Part shown: in pieces, positions 62,141 through 64,000 of the stretch
Position numbering within the stretch: the stretch's first letter is position 1
Layout of the letters: each line of letters starts with the position of its first letter
The notes under the pieces: generated by a model
What the model was told of the DNA's origin: nothing
The model's input: the letters and a program-made list of their open reading frames with translations, nothing else
The model's database searches: none
DNA from: Mobula hypostoma
Taxonomy: Eukaryota
Assembly: GCF_963921235.1 (NCBI RefSeq)
Contig: NC_086097.1
Span: 1,178,001 to 1,242,000, forward strand
DNA length: 64,000 nt
Reading direction: 5' to 3'
Position numbers and translations under genes: made by a program

Positions 62141-62785
62141 AATTAAGAGAGTAAGGAACAAGCCAATGTTTGGCCATTACTGGAATGGACCTGGAGTTGA
62201 TCTGAGGTAGCAGATCTGCGATGAGGTCGAGACAAGGTAATGGGGCCCATGCCTGAGAAAGATGAACGACTGATGTTGGCCTGATTTAAGCACCAGGCCA
62301 GATTGAAAAGCTTGGACACAGGTCGAATCAAGGCAGTGCTGCCCAGGCCCGAAAGCATATCAACGTGGCAGGGGCTGGGTCCAAGTGCAGTGTGAGAGCC
62401 GATATTTGGCCGATTTAAATGTCGAGTCATATTGAAAAGGACATGATGTCAAGGAGAAAGACAAGTGCTCGCTGCTTGGCAGGGTTGACTCATTTCTGTG
62501 CTGAACTGAGGTTGTGGCCTGAAACTAACAGGCTCCTAGACTGGCTGTAATGATGAACTGGCACTGTGGCTGTGAAATCACTTTCACAAGCTTGAGATTT
62601 GAATGTTATTTGCTTACTTTTAATTGTTTGCCTGATGTGTTCTGTTTTTTTACACACGTGTGTTTGACAGTCTTTTTGAACGAGTTCTGTTGGGTTTCTT
62701 TGTTTTGTTAGGTGTAAGGAGATGAATCTCAAGGTTAAATATATACTTTGTTGAATAATACATACTTCGATAATAAATATATTTT
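62141..62785 (+). repeat. Unclassified interspersed repeat, possibly non-autonomous Rex-related
   Basis: Abrupt junction with the Rex element, a T-rich 3' region and an ...atacttcgataataaa end. Confidence 0.45.
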
Positions 62786-62829
62786 GGATGTTGTGAACGA
62801 CATAAAAGATAATTAATTTAATGAAGGTT

Positions 62830-64000
62830 ACATGAAATCTCCAATAGTCATGGGAGATTTCAACGCACATCAATTGGGAAAATAAGATTGGTAATGGATC
62901 TCAAGAGAGTGAGTTTGTTGAATGCCTATGCTTTTTAGAGCAGTTTGTCGTTGAGCCTACTAGAGGATCTTCTATACTGAATTGGGTGTTATGTAATGAA
63001 CCAGAGGTGATTAGGGAGAGTAAAGTAAAATTTTTGAACTCTTAGGGGGCAGTAATCACAATACGATTGAGTTCAACTTGAAATTTGATAGGGAGAAAGT
63101 AAAGTCTGACGTAGCAGTATTTCAGTGGAGTAAAGTCAATTACAGTGGTATGAGAGAGGAGTTGGCCAAAGTAAATTGGAAGGAGATGCTGGCAGGGATG
63201 ACAGCAGTGCCGCAATGGCTTGAGTTTCTGGGAAAAATGAGGAAGGTGGAGGATAGATGTATTTCAAAAACGAAGAAATACTAAAATAGCAAAATAGTAC
63301 AAACATGGCGGACAAGGGAAGTCAAAGCTAATCTACGAGCAAAGAGAGGGCATACAACAAAGCAAAAATTAGTGAAAGACAGAGGATTGGGAAGGGTTTA
63401 AAAACCTACAGATGGCAATTAAAAGAGTGATTAGGAGGGAAAAGGTGAAATATGAAAGCAAGCTAGCAAACAATATTAAAGTGTATAATAAAATTTTATT
63501 CAAGTATGTAAAAAAGTACAATTGAAATGAGAGTGGATATAGGACCACTGGAAAATGAGGCCAGAGAAATAAACACAGTGAGCCAATGAGATGGCAGATG
63601 AATTAGATTTCCTCTTGTTTGTGAAAGAACTGAGTATTTCTCATTAGTCTTCACTGTGGAAGACACTAGCAATGTGCCAGGTGTTGAAGGGTGTGAGGGA
63701 GAAGGTGCTCAAAAAGCTGAAAGACCTAAGTCACCCGGACCAGAGAACTGCACCCTCGAGTTCTCAAAGAGGTAGCGGTAGAGATTGCGGAGGCATTAGT
63801 AATGATCTTTCAAAAATTATTAGACCCTGGCATGGTGCCAGAGGACTGGAAAACTGTAAATGTCACTACACTCTTTCAGAAAGGAGGAAGGCAGCAGAAA
63901 GGAAATTGTAGACCAGTTAGCTTGACCTGTGGTTGGGAAAATGTTTGAGTCAATTGCTAAGGATGAGGTTATGGAGTACTTGGTGACACAGGATAAGATA
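62830..64000 (+). mobile_element. Decayed CR1 ORF2 (EN to linker), runs off the window
   Basis: IVMGDFN, SNHNTIEF, KVNYSGMREELAKV, PEDWK, RPVSLT. Confidence 0.85.

Noticed and set aside
1..64000. Prokaryotic systems (CRISPR, retron, DGR, group II intron, defence islands)
   Set aside because: No repeat-spacer array or operon structure. All RT motifs belong to eukaryotic CR1, L1, Rex, Penelope or Gypsy elements.

Overview
This is eukaryotic DNA, not prokaryotic, and most of it (by eye roughly nine tenths) is a nested pile of vertebrate retroelements. An HE1-like V-SINE and the repeat repertoire suggest a cartilaginous fish (shark or ray), which is an inference. Contents: many CR1 LINE copies of several subfamilies (ORF1 with Zn-finger, coiled coil and SGNH esterase; ORF2 with APE endonuclease and RT), including one uninterrupted 931-codon ORF2. 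Also present are an L1/Tx1-type LINE, several Rex1/Babar LINEs, an RTE 5' half, a Penelope-like element, two Gypsy elements (one with both LTRs, a tRNA-Trp PBS and a TSD), solo LTRs and tRNA-derived SINEs. Only three or four short non-repetitive islands remain, and they carry two candidate + strand host exons that I cannot name. The most interesting structural signal is a set of Penelope-terminus hammerhead-ribozyme motifs, including a ~211-bp TSD-flanked mini-element in which a perfect 69-bp inverted repeat encloses a hammerhead core. I found no CRISPR array, rRNA, real tRNA gene or recognisable host gene. Family assignments come from motif recognition by eye, not from database searches, and boundaries without a TSD are approximate.
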